Origin: Patescibacteria group bacterium
GTDB lineage: Bacteria > Patescibacteriota > Patescibacteriia > UBA9934
Length of the DNA: 64,000 nt
Reading direction: 5' to 3'
Assembly (NCBI GenBank): GCA_041666145.1
Contig: JBAYHK010000001.1
Location: forward strand, 3,810 to 67,809
Shown here: positions 29,567 to 39,000 of the stretch, piece after piece
Numbering within the stretch: position 1 is the stretch's first letter
Layout of the letters: every line of letters starts with the position of its first letter
The notes under the pieces: model-generated
What the model was told of the DNA's origin: nothing
Seen by the model: the letters and a program-made list of their open reading frames with translations, nothing else
Database searches by the model: none
Made by a program: the position numbers and the translations under genes

Positions 29567-30196
29567 GTGCGAATTCCCGAAGACGCCGTCCCAGACGGCA
29601 ACACGCTCATCGCAGTTTTCGCCATGATGCGACATGGAGACAGAGAAAAAGAAGAACCGGGCAAAACGACAGAAAAAGGGCGACGACAGGTAGAGGCAAG
29701 TGCGAGACAACATTTGATCGACCAACGGTTCAATGGTGTGTTCTCCAGCACGCTGCTAAGAGCCAAAGAGACCGCAGAGATCACTCTTGCCGCAATCAAC
29801 CACCCAGACATCGCCGTCGAAACCCCTCCGGCGTTCGATCTCTCCCAGCTCTCCCAAAACCCGGCGTTCGGAGACTCTGTCAAAAGACTCTTCGGAACGA
29901 TAAAGAAAGGAGCAACGATGGCCGACTGGGTCAACGGACTGGACGAGAATCTGAGTCCGCTCCGCGCCTGTCTCCGCAACGGAATGTTCGAGATCGCGAT
30001 GGAATACGAAGACATCGGAACACCACCAACGTTCCTCGTGGGCTACCACGGCCCATTCGCCGGCTGGGCGGCGGACAACTCAGAAAACATACGCTACATC
30101 GGCCATGCTGATGTAGTGCTCTATGTTCTCAGCCAGGATCGAGCCGGCAACGTTTATTTCCACGGTTCGCTGTGGAAATGCCCGCCGGTTGAATGA
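29567..30196 (+). CDS. Histidine phosphatase family protein (PGM/SixA-like)
   Basis: RHG motif (AMMRHGDRE) and downstream SSTLLRAKETAEI; GTG start set at 29567 with SD ggagg upstream; the longer 29387 start is less likely. Confidence 0.55.
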   Translation: MRIPEDAVPDGNTLIAVFAMMRHGDREKEEPGKTTEKGRRQVEASARQHLIDQRFNGVFSSTLLRAKETAEITLAAINHPDIAVETPPAFDLSQLSQNPAFGDSVKRLFGTIKKGATMADWVNGLDENLSPLRACLRNGMFEIAMEYEDIGTPPTFLVGYHGPFAGWAADNSENIRYIGHADVVLYVLSQDRAGNVYFHGSLWKCPPVE

Positions 30197-30251
30197 CGAC
30201 ATCCTCCAAAACTCACGAACGCCCCGTACTTCTGTGTGGGGCGTTTAACGT

Positions 30252-31364
30252 TCACATTATTCGCAAAACCCCTTCTTCCCCATCAACCTCAACAACTATC
30301 CCGTCCGTAATCTTTTCAAAAATATCTTTCACATTTGTTAAACACGGCTTACCCAATTCTCGGCACACAATCGCTGCATGACTCAGAATACCACCGTATC
30401 GGGTGACTACTCCCCCGGCCTTTTGCATGAGCGGAAGAAAATCAGGAGTTGTTATGTCCGTAATGAGAATATCGCCGACATCGATTTCTGCACTCGCAAG
30501 TTCGGCAGCACGGATAACGCGAGCCTTTCCTGATGCGATTCCAGAAGAGCCGATTTGGCCGTGAAGAGTTTTGCGATCGACCTCCCCCGACCCCTCCTTG
30601 GTAAGGAGGGGGGATCGCAGCTGACTATACGCATCGCCGAGCAAACGATTCCAGTCAACGATCCAAAATCCAAACTCTTTCGATGAAATAGATTCAAAAT
30701 ACCCACATAAATATTCACCAAAGAATTTTGCATCAAATCTTTTAACAATCTCATCACGAATTGATTTCTCCTTCACGTGCAAAAGTTCGAACACATCAAA
30801 AAGATGCTCTGCGGCAACATGATTCTTTGGGTGAACTTCAACCGATTTTCCATCCCAAGAAAACGTCATTGGCTCTATTCCTTCATTGTAAAATCCTTGC
30901 GTAAGCTGAGTGTGCGTTCCTGCAACAATCTGCCCAAGCGCGCCGTGCTCATTCACAACAAAAATCGTTGACCATTCTTGATTCGCCGCATGCGGCACAA
31001 AGTCAGCTTTGTAATTCGATGGATCGATATTTTGCAGCGCAAACCAGTCCAACGAATCTCGGATCGAAGCACCGCGGGTTCGCAATTTCGGCAACGATGC
31101 GTCAAAAGGAATCAAACGCAATGCACAAAGTTCATCGCCACGCTCGTCCACGAAAGCAACGAATCGATCACTTCGATCTGTAACTTCGCTTGCGGGAAAT
31201 TGCGTAGGTCGATCAAAAGGCAAACCAAAAAGATCGTTCAGCACGGCAAGGCGCTCGCGCTTTTCATTATCTTCTTTGCGATGCGCTTCTGAATCTTTGT
31301 GCCCCATGCGCTGAAACCATTCTGTGAGCGAAATCTGCGTTTGATAAAGCTTCGAGAGATCCAT
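30252..31364 (-). CDS. PEP-utilising enzyme family protein (unknown N-domain plus phosphohistidine mobile domain)
   Basis: C-terminal mobile-domain motif GGVVTRYGGILSHAAIVCRELGKPC; in-frame B2 insert SPLLTKEGSGEV. Confidence 0.6.
   Translation of the reverse strand: MDLSKLYQTQISLTEWFQRMGHKDSEAHRKEDNEKRERLAVLNDLFGLPFDRPTQFPASEVTDRSDRFVAFVDERGDELCALRLIPFDASLPKLRTRGASIRDSLDWFALQNIDPSNYKADFVPHAANQEWSTIFVVNEHGALGQIVAGTHTQLTQGFYNEGIEPMTFSWDGKSVEVHPKNHVAAEHLFDVFELLHVKEKSIRDEIVKRFDAKFFGEYLCGYFESISSKEFGFWIVDWNRLLGDAYSQLRSPLLTKEGSGEVDRKTLHGQIGSSGIASGKARVIRAAELASAEIDVGDILITDITTPDFLPLMQKAGGVVTRYGGILSHAAIVCRELGKPCLTNVKDIFEKITDGIVVEVDGEEGVLRIM
30581..30614. repeat. GC-rich palindromic element family B2, in frame in the PEP-utilising enzyme gene
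   Basis: cctcccccgacccctccttggtaaggagggggga. Confidence 0.85.
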
Positions 31365-31366
31365 AA

Positions 31367-32593
31367 TTATCTGTGTTTCAAAATCGAAATCTCACCGGTA
31401 TCACAATTCATTTCTATTTCATCACCGTCATGAAGCATTTTTGTAGCGACTTTTGTGCCAATAATGCAAGGCTTTTTCATCTCTCGCGCAATAATTGCAG
31501 CATGACACGTAATCCCGCCTTCATTCGTGATAATCGCAAGAACATCTTTCATACACGGAATGAAATTTGCGGTTGTCTGGATTGCGACAAGAATTTTTTG
31601 ATCAAACAGATTCCTCTTTTCCTCAAACTCATTCTTATCTCGAGCAACAATCACCCGACCACGCAACGTTCCTACTCCAAACGCAGTTCGACCAATCAAT
31701 TTTTCATCTGGGTGCACGATTCCTTGCTCTTTTTCGTAAAGCCTTAAAAGGAAATTGCTCAAATCCTCCGTTTCTTCCAACTCATCGATGAGCACAAGAT
31801 CGCGCCCCTGAACATCAATAAAAATGTATCCGTATTTTTCCCGATGTGTAATACGCGCAACGGCGTCAATTGCCTCAAGATCGCGGATCCAAGAAAGAAT
31901 TTCGGTTACCGAAAGATGATTTATCGCTCGAATCGCGTCACAATCAATACATCTCTTTACAAAAAGAGACTGAAGAAAAATTCGAATAGCATTCTCCATG
32001 TCTTCTTCAAGTGAAGCTTTATTGCGCCATGCGTCATGTTCGCGAATAATCTCTTCACTGTCATGCAATTCGTGTTGGTATTTTGTGAGCTGAAGACCAA
32101 GAGACAGCGTGATAATAAAAGAAGCGCTTGATTGTTGGTGAAGTTTCATGAGCGTCTCAAAATCCTGAATACTTGCAGAGTTATTTTCTTCATGGACATG
32201 CTTTTCTAGCTCATGGATACAGTCATTAATCTCTTTCCATGTTCGAAGATCTTTTTTTATCCAATCTAAAAGAATTTCAGGACGATCAAAAATGTATTTC
32301 TTTGATTGTGCGTGGAATGCATCGATGTGCTCTGCATGAAAAACTCTTGTTGGCTTATTCTGCAAAGGAAGAAAAATCGTGTCTGCAAAATCCATCCCAA
32401 ACCAAGTGCGAAGATGTGTGCGAAAACCAATCTGCCGGCTCGACATGAAAAGAAGCGGCGAGTCTCCTCGCGTACGAAAAAACCACGATTGATCCTTAAT
32501 GTATGAAACAAGCTCTTTTTTCAACATACCATTTAGAGGGTTGTAATCGGTCGACTCTGAAGAATGAAGAGCTTGCCATTTTCGATTGCCCAT
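31367..32593 (-). CDS. PEP-utilising enzyme family protein, central region plus mobile domain (probably the C-terminal part of a gene split from 32533..33396)
   Basis: Mobile-domain motif EGGITCHAAIIAREMKKPCIIG; overlaps the upstream ORF by 61 nt in a different frame. Confidence 0.55.
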   Translation of the reverse strand: MGNRKWQALHSSESTDYNPLNGMLKKELVSYIKDQSWFFRTRGDSPLLFMSSRQIGFRTHLRTWFGMDFADTIFLPLQNKPTRVFHAEHIDAFHAQSKKYIFDRPEILLDWIKKDLRTWKEINDCIHELEKHVHEENNSASIQDFETLMKLHQQSSASFIITLSLGLQLTKYQHELHDSEEIIREHDAWRNKASLEEDMENAIRIFLQSLFVKRCIDCDAIRAINHLSVTEILSWIRDLEAIDAVARITHREKYGYIFIDVQGRDLVLIDELEETEDLSNFLLRLYEKEQGIVHPDEKLIGRTAFGVGTLRGRVIVARDKNEFEEKRNLFDQKILVAIQTTANFIPCMKDVLAIITNEGGITCHAAIIAREMKKPCIIGTKVATKMLHDGDEIEMNCDTGEISILKHR

Positions 32594-33396
32594 TCAATGT
32601 CACACGGAAAACCGTAATGATTCTCGATTGTCACACAAGTCGATGCTAATGCACGGACCTGATCGTCTGAAAGCTTTCGCTGCGAACGATCGGCACTGGG
32701 GACTGGAACGAGAACACACTGGATCCCCGCCTGCGCGGGGATGACGGAATTGCGAATTAACATCTCTTCTTGATCATTCTGATAGACATCAAGAATCGCC
32801 AAATCTGATTTTCGAACCGTATACGAATCTGGAGTCACTTCGCCGCCAACAATGAGTTCGCCAAGTCCCCAGCACGCCTCAATAATCATCGAGTCTGGAT
32901 CTTTAGTGACAGGATGAACGGTGAACGTAATTCCGGAAACATCAGATTGAATCATTTTTTGTACAACGACTGCGACAGAAATCTTTGTACTGCGAAGATG
33001 ATGTTCGTTTCTATATGCAATTGCACGCTCTGACCACAATGACCGCCAACACTTTTCAATATTCTCGAGAAGGTTCTCCCTTGTTGTATTCAAATACGTT
33101 TCGAGTTCACCTGCCCAGCTTGCCGACACTCCATCTTCCACCGTTGCACTCGAACGAACAGCAACAAAATCGCAATCAAGATTATCGAATGCGGAGAGAA
33201 TTTCAGCCTGAAGTAATGAGTCAAATTGGTCGGATTGGACGTATAAGTCGAATGCGGCGGCGGTGACAACGAATCCTGGCGGGACTGGAATTCCCGCGTT
33301 CGTCATCTCGCCAAGTGATGCGCCCTTGCCTCCGGCAGTTGCGGCGTCGCTCTTTGAGAGAGTAAAAATGGGTTTCGTGTAAGACATAGAAGACAT
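32533..33396 (-). CDS. PEP/pyruvate-binding (PPDK_N-type ATP-grasp) domain protein
   Basis: GGKGASLGEM...GIPVPPGF and terminal LQSRPIT motifs; in-frame family C insert VIPAQAGIQ. Confidence 0.6.
   Translation of the reverse strand: MSSMSYTKPIFTLSKSDAATAGGKGASLGEMTNAGIPVPPGFVVTAAAFDLYVQSDQFDSLLQAEILSAFDNLDCDFVAVRSSATVEDGVSASWAGELETYLNTTRENLLENIEKCWRSLWSERAIAYRNEHHLRSTKISVAVVVQKMIQSDVSGITFTVHPVTKDPDSMIIEACWGLGELIVGGEVTPDSYTVRKSDLAILDVYQNDQEEMLIRNSVIPAQAGIQCVLVPVPSADRSQRKLSDDQVRALASTCVTIENHYGFPCDIEWAIENGKLFILQSRPITTL
32720..32745. repeat. Palindromic element family C, in frame in the PPDK_N-domain gene
   Basis: tggatccccgcctgcgcggggatgac. Confidence 0.8.
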
Positions 33397-33463
33397 GTGT
33401 CGGATCCCTCACATGCGTTCGGGATGGTGAATCAACTGTGAATACCAGGGACGATATGACGCG

Positions 33464-33490
33464 AAACTTAGTTAGTAGCTAACTTAGTTT
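33464..33490. repeat. 27-bp palindrome family E, copy E3
   Basis: aaacttagttagtagctaacttagttt. Confidence 0.75.
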
Positions 33491-33495
33491 CTTTT

Positions 33496-35037
33496 TCACA
33501 TCCATCGCTTCTCCTGATTAATCCATTCAAGAATCTCTTCATTCGACTTCCCTTCATCATCGCGTAACCTATCTGCTTCGCGAATAAGCTCCCCCATCTT
33601 TACGCCAGGTTCAATGCCAAGTGCAACAAGCTCCTCTCCAGTAATCGCATGTTGCGCAGGACCAGTGAGCACGTCAAGCTTCGATGCTCGGTCGAGTAAC
33701 CATGATCGCTCCGGAAACTCACGTGCTTCTCCATGACGCCATCCAACTTTACGATTTGAAACATCGGAGCTTGACTGAACAAACTGACCGCGACCGAAGT
33801 AATCCGCTTCTGCTAAAAGAAGGAGTTCTGAAATTGTCGCTGGAGATATCGACGCAGCAAGTCGACGAATCGCACCGTCGGTAATAATCAGACCGGGTTT
33901 TTGGCTATCAAGGTAGAGCACGGTTGGCGCCATGTGATGCTTCACCATGCCAACAATCTTTTCAACCATGGGATGCGCAACACCAATGCGCGCCAAGAAC
34001 GAACGTGCTGGCGCCTCACCGGCCGGCTCGTGACCAATCGCACGAATTTTTCCATCAATCTCTTCAGTAACAATCGACTTTCCAAAGTCATGGCACAACG
34101 CCACAAGCATCATCATGAACGCAGTTTCTTCGTCACAATTCTCCCGACGAATAATCGCCGCCTCTTCGTCAACAACCATAAGCGTATGAATCCATACGTC
34201 ACCCTCTGGATGCCACTCTGGATTCTGCGGTGTTAACTTTAGCGGCGGCAATTCTGGAAACATCGCATCAAAAACTCCCAAATCGAATCCCAATTGCAGT
34301 CCTATCGACGGCTTTTCCGCAAGAACCAAAAGCTTTCGCCACTCATCTCGTAATCTCTCTTGCGACAGCTCACGCAAACTCGAAACCGACCTTCGCATCA
34401 CATCCATGGATTCCACATCTGGCGTCAAATCAAATCTCGCAACAAATTGCATGGCCCGAAGCACACGAAGCGGATCGTCCCCGAAAAGTTTTGCATCCAC
34501 TACCCGCAAAATCTTCTGTTCAAGATCGACAGCGCCATGAAATGGATCGATAACTTCTTCAGTCAACGGATCCATCATGATGGCGTTCACTGTGAAATCC
34601 CTTCGGCGCGCAGCGTTTTCTGGCGTCATGGTCGGGTCGACATGCACCGCAAAACCTTTGTGCCCTGCATCGACTTTCGAATCTGAACGCGGAATGCCAA
34701 GATCGATCACAAGACCTCCCCCTAACCCCCTCCTTGATAAGGAGGGGGAATTCTCATCCGAACGCGAACCCTCCCCCTTAACAAGGGGGAGTTGGAGGGG
34801 GTCGACTCGCAACTTCAAAATCCCAAATGCCTTACCCGCATCAATAACCTCGCCGAATGTCGATGCGATCTCATGGAGCTTCTCCGGCTCAACTCCATAC
34901 ACTTCAATGTCAAAATCCTTCGGAACACTATCGCTCAACACATCACGAACGCATCCCCCGACCAATAAAGCTCGACCGCCAGCAGACTGGATCGACCGCG
35001 CAAGTTCGAGAATGATGTTTGGAAGAGAATATTTCAT
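33496..35037 (-). CDS. cca: CCA tRNA nucleotidyltransferase / polyA polymerase family protein with HD domain
   Basis: Pol-beta NTase motif LLVGGCVRDVLSDSVPKDFDIEV; HD-region LCHDFGK; a composite B2+B1 element inserted in frame (PLQLPLVKGEGSRSDENSPSLSRRGLGGG). Confidence 0.75.
   Translation of the reverse strand: MKYSLPNIILELARSIQSAGGRALLVGGCVRDVLSDSVPKDFDIEVYGVEPEKLHEIASTFGEVIDAGKAFGILKLRVDPLQLPLVKGEGSRSDENSPSLSRRGLGGGLVIDLGIPRSDSKVDAGHKGFAVHVDPTMTPENAARRRDFTVNAIMMDPLTEEVIDPFHGAVDLEQKILRVVDAKLFGDDPLRVLRAMQFVARFDLTPDVESMDVMRRSVSSLRELSQERLRDEWRKLLVLAEKPSIGLQLGFDLGVFDAMFPELPPLKLTPQNPEWHPEGDVWIHTLMVVDEEAAIIRRENCDEETAFMMMLVALCHDFGKSIVTEEIDGKIRAIGHEPAGEAPARSFLARIGVAHPMVEKIVGMVKHHMAPTVLYLDSQKPGLIITDGAIRRLAASISPATISELLLLAEADYFGRGQFVQSSSDVSNRKVGWRHGEAREFPERSWLLDRASKLDVLTGPAQHAITGEELVALGIEPGVKMGELIREADRLRDDEGKSNEEILEWINQEKRWM
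34715..34806. repeat. Composite GC-rich palindromic element (B2 plus inverted B1), in frame in cca
   Basis: cctccccctaaccccctccttgataaggaggggg-aattctcatccgaacgcgaa-ccctcccccttaacaagggggagttggagggggtcga; same architecture as 14295-14380. Confidence 0.85.
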
Positions 35038-35047
35038 ATTTTATTTC

Positions 35048-35126
35048 GTCATTGCGAGGAGAATGTAATCATTCGACGAAGCAATCTAGGTTCGAGCCAA
35101 GATTGCTTCGCTGTGCTCGCAATGAC
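35048..35126. repeat. Nested palindromic element family D, between cca and ruvC
   Basis: gtcattgcgagg...cgaagcaatctaggttcgagccaagattgcttcg...ctcgcaatgac. Confidence 0.7.
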
Positions 35127-35163
35127 TGAAGTATAGAAAAACTTGAATATACAATCATCACTA

Positions 35164-35631
35164 TCACATCGACGCGCCGGTCCAAGCAATCGCGAGTGCG
35201 TCTGCAGCGTCGTCAATCTTGGGTACTTTCTTTAAATCAAACACGATCTTCACCATGTTCTGCATCTGCAGCTTGTCTGCTTTGCCGTATCCAGTCAACG
35301 CAAGCTTTACTGCATTCGGCTTTACTTCAACAACAGGAATTCCAGCTTCGGCTGCTAACAAAAACATCACTCCACGAACTTCCGCAACTTTCAATGCCGT
35401 TGTTGTACTCTTCGCAAAAAACAACTCTTCGATCACCATTTTTTCTGGTTCGCACTTCTTCAAAATAGTACGAACATCCGCCGCAATTTCAAAAAGTCGA
35501 TCTGCTGTCTTTCCATTCACTGGAGTCGTAATCACTCCATACGTCACCGCACTCGGTTTTCCGCGCACAACATCAATAACCGCATACCCAAGTCTGCCGT
35601 AACCAGGATCGATACCGAGAATTCTTGGCAT
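35164..35631 (-). CDS. ruvC: Crossover junction endodeoxyribonuclease RuvC
   Basis: 155 aa; N-terminal ILGIDPGYGRLGYAV catalytic Asp motif. Confidence 0.8.
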   Translation of the reverse strand: MPRILGIDPGYGRLGYAVIDVVRGKPSAVTYGVITTPVNGKTADRLFEIAADVRTILKKCEPEKMVIEELFFAKSTTTALKVAEVRGVMFLLAAEAGIPVVEVKPNAVKLALTGYGKADKLQMQNMVKIVFDLKKVPKIDDAADALAIAWTGASM

Positions 35632-35927
35632 ATGAAGAGAAATCTGCTACAGTTCTGGCATCACGACGAAAAGGGATCCAAACGGCTAAATACCTAAGGA
35701 GCCCTTTTCATTTTGCCAATTTTCGAATTACGTCACCACAACCCAAGACTCTAAAACATCCGCAAGTTCATTTCGACATTTTTCCAACGTTTTTGCATTT
35801 GCCCAAACGCCTCGTAAATTTTTTATTTCTCCAAAATACGATCCGTCTTCAAGTAATTTGTACCTTGTTTTTGCTAACTGGAATGCAATATAAGTGCTCA
35901 GCATATAACCACAATATAGTCGATTAA

Positions 35928-35975
35928 ACGCAAACAGAAAACCCGAGGCAGTCCACCTCGAGTTTTCTGTTTTGG
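35928..35975 (-). terminator. Intrinsic terminator downstream of rpoC
   Basis: cagaaaactcgaggtggactgcctcgggttttctg hairpin plus U-rich tract on the minus strand; second GC hairpin ggcggggc...gccccgcc adjacent. Confidence 0.5.
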
Positions 35976-36090
35976 CGGGGCGTGGGAGCCCCGCCTATGG
36001 GAGAAAATGAGTTGTGAGTAGAAACACACCACGTTAATGAATGGCGAAGTGAGAGATGCCATTAAGGAATGTCCCCATCGCAGCAATGTG

Positions 36091-39000
36091 CTACTCAACA
36101 GCCGTCTCTTTCGACTCTGATGCGCTCAAATCTTTTCCCATTCCTGGCCCTTCAACCTTGAGCTCGGCATCGATAACAGACAATGGCTTTTCTGGAGCTG
36201 CCATCGCAATCTCTTCAAAGCTTTCCATTGCTGGTTCGTCGATAGTATCAAGACCGAATCCTGTTCCTGCTGGAATCAAGCGGCCGATGATGACGTTCTC
36301 CTTCAAGCCCTGGAGTTCATCGATCTTTCCGGTGACTGATGCGCCAATGAGCACACGAGCCGTTTCCTGGAAGGATGCACTAGAAAGCCAGCTTTCTGTT
36401 GAGAGCGAAACTTTCGTAACACCAAGCAACAAATCTTCATACTCTGCAAGCTTGCCTCCCTTGGCAATTGCCACATCCTGCTGATCAAGCAGTGTTGCGC
36501 GCTCAATAACCTCTCCAGGAAGAAGCTCAGTATCATTTGGATTTGTTACACGAACACGGCTCAACATCTGTCGCACAATAACTTCGATGTGCTTGTTGTT
36601 AAGCTTCTGTCCTTGTGACGCATAAATGAACTGGATTTCCTTTGACAGATATCGCTGCACAGCGTCTCTACCCTTTGCAGCAAAGAGTGCTTGCAAGTCT
36701 AAGTGACCGTCTGTTAATGCATCTCCAGCACACACTTCATCTCCATCCTTTATGTAGAGAGTGAAGCCTTGCGGAATGATGTACTCACGAATCTTGTCTG
36801 CTTCATAAACAACAATCACCGATGTTTTTCCAACAGACTTCACTACACCAGCAACATCGGTTGGAACTTTTTCGCCATCCATTTTTGCACCAATCACATC
36901 ACCTTCAAGAACTTTGTCACCCTCAACTACCTTGATCTTGGCACCACGACCGAGCATGAACGTCTTTTCGTCGACTGCACGATGGCTAACCTTCACAATC
37001 TTTTGGCCTGGCATTGTGTCGATAATATGTTTTCCTGTTCCTGCCTGTACAACAGTACGTGCAGCTTTTTCTATTTCTACTTTTCCAGAAACCTCAGCCA
37101 TGATCGCCTTTCTCTTTGGCAACCGTGCTTCGAAAAGCTCTTCAACACGCGGCAAACCTTGCGTAATGTCTTTTCCGGCCACACCTCCAGTGTGGAATGT
37201 ACGCATGGTCAACTGTGTTCCAGGTTCACCAATAGACTGCGCAGCCATAATGCCGATCGCAACACCCATCTTCACCATTTTGTTATGCGCTAAATCGTAG
37301 CCATAACACTTCTGACAAACACCACGACGAACATGACAGGTCATAACCGATCGAACATGGGCCTCTAAAAGCTCCTTTCCAGACTTCTTTAATGCACGAA
37401 TATGATCTTCGGTGATCAAATCACCAGCGGTAATGAACGCTTTCTTTTCGCCAGGAATCTTGATATCTGAAAGTGCAATGCGACCAAGAATACGAACCAA
37501 GAGCGGTTCTCCAATTTCGTCAGATTCTTCCTTGGTGAGCAATACGCCCTTAACATCGCCACAATCTTCTTCTCGCACCACAACATCTTGTGCAACATCA
37601 ACCAAGCGACGAGTAAGGTATCCCGCGTTTGCAGTACGAAGCGCAGTATCGGTAAGACCCTTTCGTGTTCCGTGACTTGAAATGAAGAACTCAAGCACCG
37701 AAACTCCTTCTTTAAAGGAGGACTTCACCGGAAGTTCGATGATGTCACCAGATGGTGACGACTTCAAACCGATCATACCGATCATCTGCGTCAACTGGCC
37801 CCATGCACCACGCGCACCAGATTCAATCATGGTGTAAGCGGCGCTGTCATGAGGAAGCGAGTCCTTACTAATGTCTGCAATTCTGTCTTTAATTTCCGTC
37901 CAAATCTTAATGATCTGTGTGTGACGCTCGCTTTGCGTAAGCAATCCTTGCGCGTAATACTCTTCAACCTCGCGAACACGACGATCACCCTCTCCGATCA
38001 AGATCGGCTTTTCCTTCAAGGTTGGCAATCCTGCCATGGCCCATGAATATCCAGAAAGTGTTGCGTACTTGAATCCAAGATCTTTCAAGTTATCAAGAAT
38101 TGTTGCAGTAAACTCTTGACCATAAAACTCCAAAACGTCACGAATAATATTCGCAAGCTGCTTCTTTCCGAGAATTTCGTTTTGGAAACCAATACGCTCT
38201 GGGAATTGCTGGTTCACAATGATGCGTCCAGGAGTTGTAACGAGCATGACGCCGTTACGACGAATACGAATCCAGTCTTGAGCACGAATCTTTCCTGCAT
38301 TCATTGCATAAAGAACCTCATCATCGTCAGCGAATGACTTCATGGTCTTCTCATCTGGTTCGGTGTCTGTACTCGTAAGGTAGAAACATGCCCATGCAAT
38401 GTCTTTTCCTGGCGTTGCTACCGGTCCACCGAATGAAGGCTTCAACAAGTTTCGAATAGAGAGCAAAAGTTCTTCTGCTTCCTTCTTCGCCTCAGTCGTC
38501 AGCGGAACGTGCACAGCCATTTGGTCACCATCAAAGTCTGCGTTGTATGCGTCACAAACCAATGGGTGAATCTGGATTGCCTTTCCTTCAATAAGTGTTG
38601 GACGGAAAGCCTGAATACCCAAACGGTGAAGCGTTGGAGCACGGTTCAAAAGCACATACGAATCCGCAACAACCTCTTCAAGAATGTCCCAAACTTCTGG
38701 ACGATCACTTTCTAAGAAACGGTTCGCGCTTCGAATATTGTGAACATATTCACGAGCAATCAACTTGCTAATCACGAATGGACGGAAAAGTTCGAGCGCC
38801 ATCTTTTTTGGAATACCGCATTGATGCAACTTGAGATGCGGACCAACAACAATAACAGAACGGCCGGAGTAGTCGATGCGCTTTCCGAGTAAGTTCTGAC
38901 GGAAACGTCCTTGCTTACCCTTCAAAATGTCTGCAAGCGACTTTAACTGACGCTTCTTTCCTGTTGCCGCAATAACGGTCTTACTCTGACGTGAACTGTT

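Noticed and set aside
29548-30111. 187-aa Arg-rich ORF (RRRRPRR...)
   Set aside because: It is an alternative-frame artefact inside the histidine phosphatase gene; its composition is not protein-like.
13433-32745. Family C hairpins resemble type I-E CRISPR repeats (CCCCGC-N-GCGGGG)
   Set aside because: Only isolated single copies are present; there are no regularly spaced repeats with spacers and no cas genes in the window.
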